Source: Siccibacter turicensis LMG 23730 (GTDB lineage: Bacteria; Pseudomonadota; Gammaproteobacteria; Enterobacterales; Enterobacteriaceae). Taken from it: a stretch of 32,000 bases of DNA. Location of the stretch: positions 811-32,810 of the forward strand of contig NZ_AWFZ01000016.1 of the NCBI RefSeq assembly GCF_000463155.2. Reading direction: 5' to 3'. Shown here in pieces: positions 8,276 to 15,765 of the stretch. Made by a program: the position numbers and the translations under genes. The notes under the pieces were generated by a model. The model did not search any database. It was not told the DNA's origin and worked only from the letters and a program-made list of their open reading frames with translations. The number at the start of each line of letters is the position of its first letter. Position 1 is the stretch's first letter.

Positions 8276-8617
8276 ATGACACAACCTGAGATTTTCAGGC
8301 GGGTGACGGTTGCCCGCGACGCGAACGGATACTGGACTCACCCGGACTATTTCACGCCCGCCGAAGACCGGGAATATGGCAGGCCGGGTGAGTTTGAGGC
8401 CTGGCTGAAGGAACACAATCTGCACTACGCCATGAGCTGGATGGAGAACGAAGCCATCGGGGCGGTGAAAACCGCGTATGAGCGTGGCGAGGACAATATC
8501 AGCGGCTGGATACCGGTGATGCCTGCCGGCGACGGCTGGTTTATCGGCTCTATTCATGACACGGAGGACGGTCCGGTGTGCATCTGGCTGAAGGAGTTGC
8601 CATGCGCCGCACGCTGA
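8276..8617 (+). CDS. Hypothetical acidic Trp-rich protein, 113 aa (the ORF track extends it to GTG 8243)
   Basis: ATG 8276 has AAGGA 7 nt upstream. My hand count gives about 19 D/E versus about 10 K/R, and 6 Trp. No TM. The 3' end overlaps the traU start by 16 nt. I recognise no family. Confidence 0.6.
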   Translation: MTQPEIFRRVTVARDANGYWTHPDYFTPAEDREYGRPGEFEAWLKEHNLHYAMSWMENEAIGAVKTAYERGEDNISGWIPVMPAGDGWFIGSIHDTEDGPVCIWLKELPCAAR

Positions 8618-9603
8618 GGCTACTTATCCTGCTCGGCGCCATGCTGATCCCGATGATGGTCACCAGCTCACCGGCGCGCGCCGCCGATGCGGGCGATGGC
8701 CGTTGGGTTAACCCCATCTCAGACGTGTGCTGGAAATGTCTCTTTCCGATGACACTTGGCAACATTCAGCTGGCGTCAGGGCCGCAAAAAGATACCAACA
8801 ACCCCTCAATGCCGATTCAAATCTGCCCGATGGGCGTGCTCTACCGCCTCGGGCTGGCCATCGGCTTCTGGGAGCCGATGGCGATGGTGGATGTGACTCG
8901 CGAGCCGGGCGTGATGGTGAACATGGGGGGCTTCAAAATCGACTTGGGCCGGACCGGAACCGGCACGGCTGGTCAGAGTGACCGCCCGGCAGCCGGCACG
9001 TTCTATCACGTTCACTGGTACAAGTACCCGCTGATTTTCTGGCTCAACATCATCACAAGCCTCGGCTGTCTGCAGACCGGTGATATGGATATTGCCTATC
9101 TGTCGGAGGTGGACCCGTTGTGGAATGACAGCACGCTCTCAATGCTCATCAACCCGGAAGCGGCCCTGTTCGGCAACCTGATAGCCCAGGCGGCCTGTGC
9201 TGCTGATGCGGCGGCCAGTTCTGCTGGTCTGCCGCTGTCTCCACTGTTCTGGTGTGCCGGCTCACAGGGGTCGTATTACCCGTTGACCGGGTATACCAGT
9301 GGCGAGTTTTCTCCGCTGGAGTCCTCACTGCTGGTCAGTGAGCGCATGGCATTCAAGATGCACCGCGAGGGACTGGTCTGGAACTCTGTAGGTGCGGACA
9401 CCGCCGTGTGTCACCAGTATCCATCCCCGATCATCCCTAAAGAGCGCTGGCGATACCAGATGGTCAATATGTATCCGGAAACGAATAACTGCCATCCATT
9501 CGGTGCCAGTACCCAGATGTGGGGTACCGGGCACAACTCTCCGCAGTCGAAGAAAAACTTCGGTTACCTGTTCTGGCGCAAAAGAAACTGTGTATTCCTG
9601 TGA
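8602..9603 (+). CDS. traU: Periplasmic pilus-assembly/DNA-transfer protein TraU
   Basis: ATG 8602 has AAGGAG at 8591-8596; the track start at 8578 is less likely. Near-colinear match to recalled F TraU (VNPI.D.CW.C.FP, NPSMPIQICP, FYHVHWYKYPL..WLNIITSLGCL..GDMDIAYLSE.DP, LLVSERMAFK.HR, YPSPI.PKERWRYQMVNMYP, KKNFGYL.WRKRNCVFL). Confidence 0.97.
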   Translation: MRRTLRLLILLGAMLIPMMVTSSPARAADAGDGRWVNPISDVCWKCLFPMTLGNIQLASGPQKDTNNPSMPIQICPMGVLYRLGLAIGFWEPMAMVDVTREPGVMVNMGGFKIDLGRTGTGTAGQSDRPAAGTFYHVHWYKYPLIFWLNIITSLGCLQTGDMDIAYLSEVDPLWNDSTLSMLINPEAALFGNLIAQAACAADAAASSAGLPLSPLFWCAGSQGSYYPLTGYTSGEFSPLESSLLVSERMAFKMHREGLVWNSVGADTAVCHQYPSPIIPKERWRYQMVNMYPETNNCHPFGASTQMWGTGHNSPQSKKNFGYLFWRKRNCVFL

Positions 9604-9611
9604 GGCTTATC

Positions 9612-10229
9612 ATGAAAAACACCTTATCTCAGGCGTTGCTTCTTAGCGGCCTGATTGCCTGCACGACGGCGGTGGCCGCCAGCGAGCAGGCCGATGTATC
9701 CGGGCGCGACATGAACTGGATGAAGCAGCAGCAGGACGCGCTGCAGGAATTTAAGGACGCCATGCGTGGCCAGACAGTTCAGCTGCCGGCAGCACAGCAG
9801 GATGTGATCAGTCGGCTCCAGCAGGATATGGCGCGTCAGCAGCGCGGTCAGGGCGGCGAAAAGGAAACGTTTCCTGCCATCTACTTTGTCAGCCTCGGTA
9901 TTCCGCGCGAGGGACTGTTACCCATGCTGCAGGACGCAAAACGCTTTAACGTGCCCGCCACTCTGCGCGGGCTGGTAAACAACGACATGCGCCAGACGGC
10001 GTCGGCGATGTTCGAGCTGGCCAAAGAAGATAAAAACGTCGGTGTGCAGATTGATCCGACCCTCTTCAATGAGTACGGCATCACTGCCGTACCTGCAGTG
10101 GTGGTGACCTGTCCGGGAAACTTCGATGTTATCCGCGGGAGCCTGCCGCTGAAGCAGGCGCTGGAGAAGGTGGCAGAGAAAGGTGACTGCGCAGCAACCG
10201 CGCGCCGGCTGCTGGAGGCGGCACAATGA
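9612..10229 (+). CDS. trbC: Periplasmic pilus-assembly protein TrbC
   Basis: ATG 9612 has GAGG at 9602-9605; the upstream part of the track ORF overlaps traU. It has a signal peptide. IYFVSLGIPREGL..ML....RFNVPATLRGLVNND...TA and GVQIDPTLF..YGI..VPA.VV parallel F TrbC. Confidence 0.9.
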   Translation: MKNTLSQALLLSGLIACTTAVAASEQADVSGRDMNWMKQQQDALQEFKDAMRGQTVQLPAAQQDVISRLQQDMARQQRGQGGEKETFPAIYFVSLGIPREGLLPMLQDAKRFNVPATLRGLVNNDMRQTASAMFELAKEDKNVGVQIDPTLFNEYGITAVPAVVVTCPGNFDVIRGSLPLKQALEKVAEKGDCAATARRLLEAAQ

Positions 10230-12073
10230 AAAAGGCACTCTTTTTAGTCCCGCTGCTGCTCTCAACACTCGTTTATGCCGGCACCAATGATGATGCGTTT
10301 AACGCCGGCGCAAGCTTTGGTAAGGGAAATGCCGCACAGGGAACCGGCAGCCTCAAAAATCCCGGAACCGTGACCGGAGACATTCCCGGTTATACCGCTA
10401 ACCCGCCGCAGAGCGGTTACTACAACGGCCCGGACGGCGGGGATGGCGGCCTGACGAATAAGGGGCAGGCCGCACTCGGGAACAGTGAAGCCGGTCAGGC
10501 GGTCATCGACTCCGGCATTAAAAACCCGCTGCCGGTTATCGATCCAAATGCCCCTTTTATCACTATCGGGAAGAACGCGGAGAGCAATGCCGGCTCGATC
10601 GTGGACGGCACGAACAGCCAGTGTACGCAGACCAACGTATCGAAATCCGTGTTTGAGAAATACAGCTGCAGCCGTGATCTGGCGCTTAACCAGACCTGTG
10701 TGCGCACGGGCCAGGCGGACGGTACTTACACGTCCACCGACTCGATTAAAGAGGTGAAAATAAGTTCCACCAGTATGACATGGTCCGGATATCAACATGA
10801 TTCCACTCAGGCTTTCTGGACTGTGCCGGGTGGCATGGGCGGGGAAATTATTTCAGGCTCCGTCAGCGTATATCACCGGTACTGGGATTCTAATCAGCGG
10901 ATATACGTTTTTGGTAGCAGTGTCAGCGAAAACTCGGGGACCTGGGAATTTAACCCTAAATACACCCTGACAGAAGGGGAGCGAGTTCGTTTTTCTATTG
11001 GTTATATGGATTCGCCTGCAGCAAATGCCAACAGTCATAACAACGGCAATATCAGCTTTGTGATGACGTTGAAAGTGCGTGTTAAAGACAAAAAGTTCAC
11101 CCCGAAAGTAACCTGGTCTACCAGCTGCCCGTCAGGCAGTCCGGATGGTAAGAAGCTGAGTACCACCTGCACGGCAGGAGCCGGTAATAAACAGGTAGTG
11201 AAAGACGGTACGTCCTACAGCGTCTACAGCGACTGCTGGCAGTATAAGGATGTGTATCAACTGAGCGCTGGCACTAACGGCACCTGTAGCAAGCTTATGA
11301 GTAACGCCGCCTGTACCAAAACCGGCTCGGTGTGCAGCGAGAAGACCAACGGCTCCTGCACACATCAGGATGAAACATGGGAATGCCAGAAAGTCTACAA
11401 CTCGGGCGGTCTGCTGTGTGGCGGGCAATATTTCTGCAAGACCGGTGACTGCAGCGACACCACCGGCGCGGGCGACAGTGGGTTTGATACCGCCGTGGCC
11501 AAACTCGCCGGGCTGGCATCTGCGGCAGCGGATGTCACGGAAGACCAGATTAACGTCAAAGCCTTCACAGGCGACAAGATGAGCTGCCGTAAGGCGTTCG
11601 CGGGATTCTCAAACTGCTGTAAAGACTCCGGCTGGGGATCTGATGCCGGCCTTGCTGCCTGCAACGATGACGAGCTTGCCCTGGGCAAAGCGAAAGCCAA
11701 GAAAGTGACGGTCAGTGTGGGTGAGCGCTGCGATAAAGAAGTGCTTGGCGTATGTATGCAGAAGAGTCAGGTGTACTGCGTATTCCAGGGCAAGCTGGCC
11801 CGTATCATCCAGGAGCAGGGACGTCGTGACCAGCTGAAGGTCAACTTCGGTAGTGGAAAAAGCCCTAATTGCCGTGGCATTACCGTGGATGAGTTGCAAA
11901 AAATCGACTTCGACCGCATCAACTTCTCTGACTTCTACGAAGACCTGATGAACAGCCAGAAAATCCCTAACACGGCCACGATGACGAAACTGGTCAAGGA
12001 TCGTATTGCGGGACAGGTTAAGCAGCAACAGATGCAGCAGCAGCTGAACCAGCAGAGCGGGGCGGCAAAATGA
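10226..12073 (+). CDS. traN: Outer-membrane mating-pair stabilisation protein TraN
   Basis: ATGA overlap with the trbC stop. The 615 aa product (F TraN is about 600 aa) has a signal peptide and a Cys-rich C-terminal half (CSEKTNGSC..C..C..C..., CCKDSGWG, CVFQGKLARIIQEQGR) typical of TraN. Position before traF fits. Confidence 0.92.
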   Translation: MKKALFLVPLLLSTLVYAGTNDDAFNAGASFGKGNAAQGTGSLKNPGTVTGDIPGYTANPPQSGYYNGPDGGDGGLTNKGQAALGNSEAGQAVIDSGIKNPLPVIDPNAPFITIGKNAESNAGSIVDGTNSQCTQTNVSKSVFEKYSCSRDLALNQTCVRTGQADGTYTSTDSIKEVKISSTSMTWSGYQHDSTQAFWTVPGGMGGEIISGSVSVYHRYWDSNQRIYVFGSSVSENSGTWEFNPKYTLTEGERVRFSIGYMDSPAANANSHNNGNISFVMTLKVRVKDKKFTPKVTWSTSCPSGSPDGKKLSTTCTAGAGNKQVVKDGTSYSVYSDCWQYKDVYQLSAGTNGTCSKLMSNAACTKTGSVCSEKTNGSCTHQDETWECQKVYNSGGLLCGGQYFCKTGDCSDTTGAGDSGFDTAVAKLAGLASAAADVTEDQINVKAFTGDKMSCRKAFAGFSNCCKDSGWGSDAGLAACNDDELALGKAKAKKVTVSVGERCDKEVLGVCMQKSQVYCVFQGKLARIIQEQGRRDQLKVNFGSGKSPNCRGITVDELQKIDFDRINFSDFYEDLMNSQKIPNTATMTKLVKDRIAGQVKQQQMQQQLNQQSGAAK

Positions 12074-12855
12074 AACGGCTGATGACTGTGCTTCTCCTGG
12101 CGGTCAGCGTGCAGAGCGTGGCTGAAGAAATCGTGACACCGGCACCACCCTTTACCGGGTGGTCCTGGTACAACGAACCGAAAAAGCCACCCACGCCGCC
12201 GGACCGGAAGAAAAAACCTGCACCGGCACAGCCGGCCATCCCGGACTTCAGTCAGATGACGGCAGTGGAACAGGCTAAAGTGCTCAAGCAGTACACCGCA
12301 GAGGCGCTTAACCGCGCCATTCTCTATCCCACGGCGGAAAACACCGCCACCTTCCTGAAGTGGCAGAAGTTCTGGACCGACCGCGGCTCGGCGTTCAGTC
12401 AGTCCTTTGCGGTCGCGCAGCTGCGTAACCCGGAGCTGGATTACAACCTTGAGTTCCCGCACTACAACAGCACGGCCCCGCTGGTACAGAGTCGCGATCA
12501 GAAGCAGCGCGAAAAGGCTATCAGCCAGCTGTCACAGCAGTACGGTCTGTTTTACTTCTACCGGGGCAGTGACCCTATCGATGCACAGATGGCCGGTGTT
12601 GTTGCGGATTTTGCGAAAACCAACCGCATCTCGCTTATCCCGGTCTCGGTGGACGGGCAGGTGGCGCAGGCGCTACCCGACAGTCGCCCGGACAGTGGAC
12701 AGCTTAAGTCGATGGGCGTGAGCCACTTCCCGGCGTTGTTCCTGGTCGATCCGCGCAGCAAAAGCTTCAAGCCGCTGGCCTACGGGTTTATGACCCAGGA
12801 TGACCTGGCCAAGCGCTTCCTGAACGTCTCAACTGGATTTAAACCTAACTTCTGA
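12070..12855 (+). CDS. traF: Periplasmic thioredoxin-fold protein TraF (no catalytic cysteines)
   Basis: ATGA overlap with the traN stop. It has a signal peptide and the thioredoxin-like core YGLFYFYRGSDPID...FPALFLVDP. The mature protein has no Cys at all, as in F TraF. Confidence 0.9.
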   Translation: MKRLMTVLLLAVSVQSVAEEIVTPAPPFTGWSWYNEPKKPPTPPDRKKKPAPAQPAIPDFSQMTAVEQAKVLKQYTAEALNRAILYPTAENTATFLKWQKFWTDRGSAFSQSFAVAQLRNPELDYNLEFPHYNSTAPLVQSRDQKQREKAISQLSQQYGLFYFYRGSDPIDAQMAGVVADFAKTNRISLIPVSVDGQVAQALPDSRPDSGQLKSMGVSHFPALFLVDPRSKSFKPLAYGFMTQDDLAKRFLNVSTGFKPNF

Positions 12856-12864
12856 GGTGATGTT

Positions 12865-13311
12865 ATGCCGTCACAGAGTAAATATCGTTCCGTTGTTTTC
12901 GTGGCGAAAGGGGCCCTTTTCGCGTTCGTCACCGTGCCAGCCCGTATGCTGTTCCTGCTTTTGCTTTTCCTGTTTGTAAGCGGCTCGCCCGCCGGCGAGT
13001 TTATTGCCACTGCCCGGGAGCTTACAGGAGGTGCACCGCCAGACCAGGTCTGGGTGTGCGGCACCAACGTTGAACAGTTCACAGAGGATCGTCCTGAAAG
13101 TGTTTTAACAAAACGACCCTGTCTCCCGGTGCAGGTGGATGCTGAGAGGTTCGCGGCAGACGTTGATCACGAAATCATCCGGGGCTGGCTGTATTTAGGC
13201 GTATTCAGTTTTCTTGTCTACTTTCTGCGCTTTTCACCTGACATCTCCGGGCCGCTCCAGAGCATACTGGCTCGTATTAAATTTGCTTTCTCAAGGAGTA
13301 TGAAATCATGA
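12865..13311 (+). CDS. Hypothetical membrane protein, 148 aa (trbA/artA position)
   Basis: Two hydrophobic segments (FAFVTVPARMLFLLLLFLFV; GWLYLGVFSFLVYFL). It fills the gap between traF and the next ORF, and its stop overlaps the next ATG (ATGA). I recognise no family. Confidence 0.5.
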   Translation: MPSQSKYRSVVFVAKGALFAFVTVPARMLFLLLLFLFVSGSPAGEFIATARELTGGAPPDQVWVCGTNVEQFTEDRPESVLTKRPCLPVQVDAERFAADVDHEIIRGWLYLGVFSFLVYFLRFSPDISGPLQSILARIKFAFSRSMKS

Positions 13312-13526
13312 AATCATTATCATCCGTGGTACTGCTCTTTTTCTGGGGTATGGTGATTTTCAGCGTCAGTGAGATGATCCCCGTCTGGCCACACTTCACC
13401 GAGCAGATGCTTCGCTATACCACGATGGCAATGTGGCTGTGCGCGGTGGTGCTTGTCTTGCGGGATGTCTGGAGCAGCTGGCGCCACGTAAAAGCCACTG
13501 ATGTGGAGGGGCACCGTGAAGTGTAA
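13308..13526 (+). CDS. Small two-TM inner-membrane protein, 72 aa, TraQ-like by position and topology
   Basis: ATGA overlap with the previous stop. It has two TM helices. The second helix plus basic tail (AVVLVLRDVWSSWRHV) loosely resembles F TraQ. This is a positional analogy only. Confidence 0.45.
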   Translation: MKSLSSVVLLFFWGMVIFSVSEMIPVWPHFTEQMLRYTTMAMWLCAVVLVLRDVWSSWRHVKATDVEGHREV

Positions 13527-14121
13527 GACGTTCGTTTCTCTCACCCTGCTTTTCCCGCTCATGGCGTGCGCCGGTGTTCGTGAAGAACTGGCCGCGATGG
13601 AGGCCGGAAAAAGTCCGTCTCCTTATTCCGCCGCGCCGGCAGGCGCACCGGACACCCCGCCGGTGATGCAAAATCTGATGTCCCTGCCGGATGGCCGGCG
13701 GGCAGACATGAAGGATTACGCCGTGGTGCTGTTCATGCAGTCCCACTGTCAGTACAGCGCGAAGTTTGACCCGGTACTCAAGGGCTGGGCAGACGGGCAC
13801 GGTATCAAAGTGTATCCCTACACGCTCGATGGCGGCGGGGATGCGGCCTATCCCACACCGCTTGTCCCGCGTAAAACGGACCCGGCAGCGCCGCTGGCCG
13901 ATGAAATTATGACGTTCTTTGGCAACGGGCTGCCGATTGCCACCCCGACAGCGTTCATGGTTAACGTGAACACCCTGAAAGCCTATCCGCTGACGCAGGG
14001 TGTTATGGAAATCCCGGCGCTGGAAAACCGCTACGCCAGCCTGATTCAGGCAGATATGGACCAGATCGACCCGCAGCTGCTTCCGCCGATGCCGGCAAAC
14101 GCCCAGGTCACCACGCAGTAA
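13501..14121 (+). CDS. trbB: Periplasmic thioredoxin-fold protein TrbB (DsbC-like) with a CXXS active site
   Basis: AVVLFMQSHCQYSAKFDPVLKGWADGHGIKVYPYTLDGGGDAAYP aligns with recalled F TrbB VVLFMQGHCPYCHQFDPVLKQLAQQYGFSVFSYTLDGQGDTAFP. The start is ATG 13501 or GTG 13516. It has a signal peptide with a possible lipobox (LMAC). Confidence 0.88.
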   Translation: MWRGTVKCKTFVSLTLLFPLMACAGVREELAAMEAGKSPSPYSAAPAGAPDTPPVMQNLMSLPDGRRADMKDYAVVLFMQSHCQYSAKFDPVLKGWADGHGIKVYPYTLDGGGDAAYPTPLVPRKTDPAAPLADEIMTFFGNGLPIATPTAFMVNVNTLKAYPLTQGVMEIPALENRYASLIQADMDQIDPQLLPPMPANAQVTTQ

Positions 14122-14138
14122 TCCTTACGGAAACCCTC

Positions 14139-14408
14139 ATGACTACTAACACGTATGCGTTATCGCGTTCCGAACGCGCATGGCTGATGACAGCGCTGGC
14201 CTTTCTCGTCTCTGCCATGTTTTACCGCCAGCTCGCCTCCCGGGTCGTCAGTGGCCAGCCCGGCGACGTCCTGACCAGTATGCTGCAGAACATGCCGGTA
14301 CTGATGATGATTTGCCTGTGCGGTGGGTTCATGCTCACCGCTGTCGGGCATTACGCGGTGCGACAGACCTTTGTGAAGCCAGCCTCACATGGGGTGGCTC
14401 ATGATTAA
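14139..14408 (+). CDS. Hypothetical small membrane protein, 89 aa (trbJ/trbF position)
   Basis: Two hydrophobic segments. It lies between trbB and traH as trbJ/trbF do in F. The stop overlaps the traH start region (ATGATTAA). Confidence 0.5.
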   Translation: MTTNTYALSRSERAWLMTALAFLVSAMFYRQLASRVVSGQPGDVLTSMLQNMPVLMMICLCGGFMLTAVGHYAVRQTFVKPASHGVAHD

Positions 14409-15765
14409 ATCGCTTCTTGTTGCCGGCACGGTATTCCTTACCGGGCTGGCTGCCCTGCCGGCACAGGCTGATGTGAACAGCGACCTGAACGGCTTCTTTG
14501 GCAGCCTGGGGTACAGCGGTAACGTTACCCAGGCACAGGCCTGGCAGGGACAGGCGGCCGGGTACTACACCGGTGGCTCGGTATACCTGCGCAACCCCGT
14601 GAAAAGCGTGCAGCTTATCTCGATGCAGCTTCCGTCCCTGAACGCCGGCTGCGGTGGCATCGACGCCTATCTCGGCTCGTTTAGTATGATTTCCGGGGAA
14701 GAAATTCAGCGCTTCGTTAAGCAGATCATGAGTAATGCCGCTGGTTATGCATTTGATCTGGCGCTGCAGACAATGGTGCCGGAGCTGAAGCAGGCGAAAG
14801 ACTTTCTGCAGAAGCTGGCCAACGACGTGAACTCCATGAACATGAGTTCGTGTCAGGCGGCGCAGGGAATTATCGGCGGGCTTTGGCCGGTATCACAGGT
14901 ATCTAACCAGAAAATCTGCCAGGACATTGCCGGCGAAACCAACATGTTTGCTGACTGGGCTGCATCGCGTCAGGGCTGTACGGTCGGCGGGCAGGGGGAC
15001 AAGGTTACCGATAAAGCCGGCGAGGAGCAGAAGGATCAGGTGCTGAAGAACAAGAACCTTATCTGGGACGCCCTCTCCCGCAACCGCCTGTTCGACAGTA
15101 ACCGGCAACTCAAGGAGCTGGTGATGAGTACGGTCGGCTCCATCATCTTTAACAAAGACGGCGACGTAACCATTCTCACCCCGCTGGTTGATAACCGCGA
15201 CCTGGTGAAAGTCCTGATGCGCGGTGGTACCGCCAAAGTCTACGGCTGTGATGAGGACACAGTGTGCCTGACGCCGGTGGTGGTCAGCATCAACATCTCT
15301 GAAAGCAACGCGCTGGTGACACTGGTGAAAAACCTGATGCTGTCCATGCAGTCGAAGCTGGTTGATGACAAGGCGCTGACTGAGCAGGAGAAGGGCTTTG
15401 TGAACACCACATCGGTGCCGGTGCTCAAATACCTGACCAACGCCCAGAGTATGGGGATGAGCGCGACCTACCTGATTCAGGTGGCCGACTTTATCGCCCA
15501 GGACCTGATGATCCAGTACCTGCAGGAGCTGGTAAAACAGGCCAGCCTGTCCCTTGCCGGCAAAAACTTCCCCGAGGAAGCCGCGGCGAAACTGCGCGAC
15601 AACATCATTCACGCGCAGGGGCTGCTGGCTGACATGAAACTGCAGTCTGCAGCAGACCAGAACGCCCTCGATGGTATCGATCGCAACATGCAGTACCTGC
15701 AACAGCAGGTTTCGACCATCGTATCCGGCTCCTACCAGAGCAACTACCAGTGGGGTAACCCGTAA
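14401..15765 (+). CDS. traH: Periplasmic pilus-assembly protein TraH
   Basis: ATG 14401; an alternative ATG lies at 14389. Extensive colinearity with recalled F TraH (ADVNSD.N.FF, WQGQAAGY..GGS.Y.R, LISM.LP..NAGCGGIDAYLGSFS.I.GE..QRFVKQIMSNAAGY.FDLALQT.VPE.K.AKDFLQK, SSCQAAQGIIGGL, CQDIAGE.N.FADWAASRQGCTVGG). Confidence 0.97.
   Translation: MIKSLLVAGTVFLTGLAALPAQADVNSDLNGFFGSLGYSGNVTQAQAWQGQAAGYYTGGSVYLRNPVKSVQLISMQLPSLNAGCGGIDAYLGSFSMISGEEIQRFVKQIMSNAAGYAFDLALQTMVPELKQAKDFLQKLANDVNSMNMSSCQAAQGIIGGLWPVSQVSNQKICQDIAGETNMFADWAASRQGCTVGGQGDKVTDKAGEEQKDQVLKNKNLIWDALSRNRLFDSNRQLKELVMSTVGSIIFNKDGDVTILTPLVDNRDLVKVLMRGGTAKVYGCDEDTVCLTPVVVSINISESNALVTLVKNLMLSMQSKLVDDKALTEQEKGFVNTTSVPVLKYLTNAQSMGMSATYLIQVADFIAQDLMIQYLQELVKQASLSLAGKNFPEEAAAKLRDNIIHAQGLLADMKLQSAADQNALDGIDRNMQYLQQQVSTIVSGSYQSNYQWGNP

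Noticed and set aside
10262-12462. - strand ORFs of 139-178 aa inside traN/traF (10262-10798, 11609-12028, 11935-12462)
   Set aside because: They are antisense to traN and traF and have no features of real genes.
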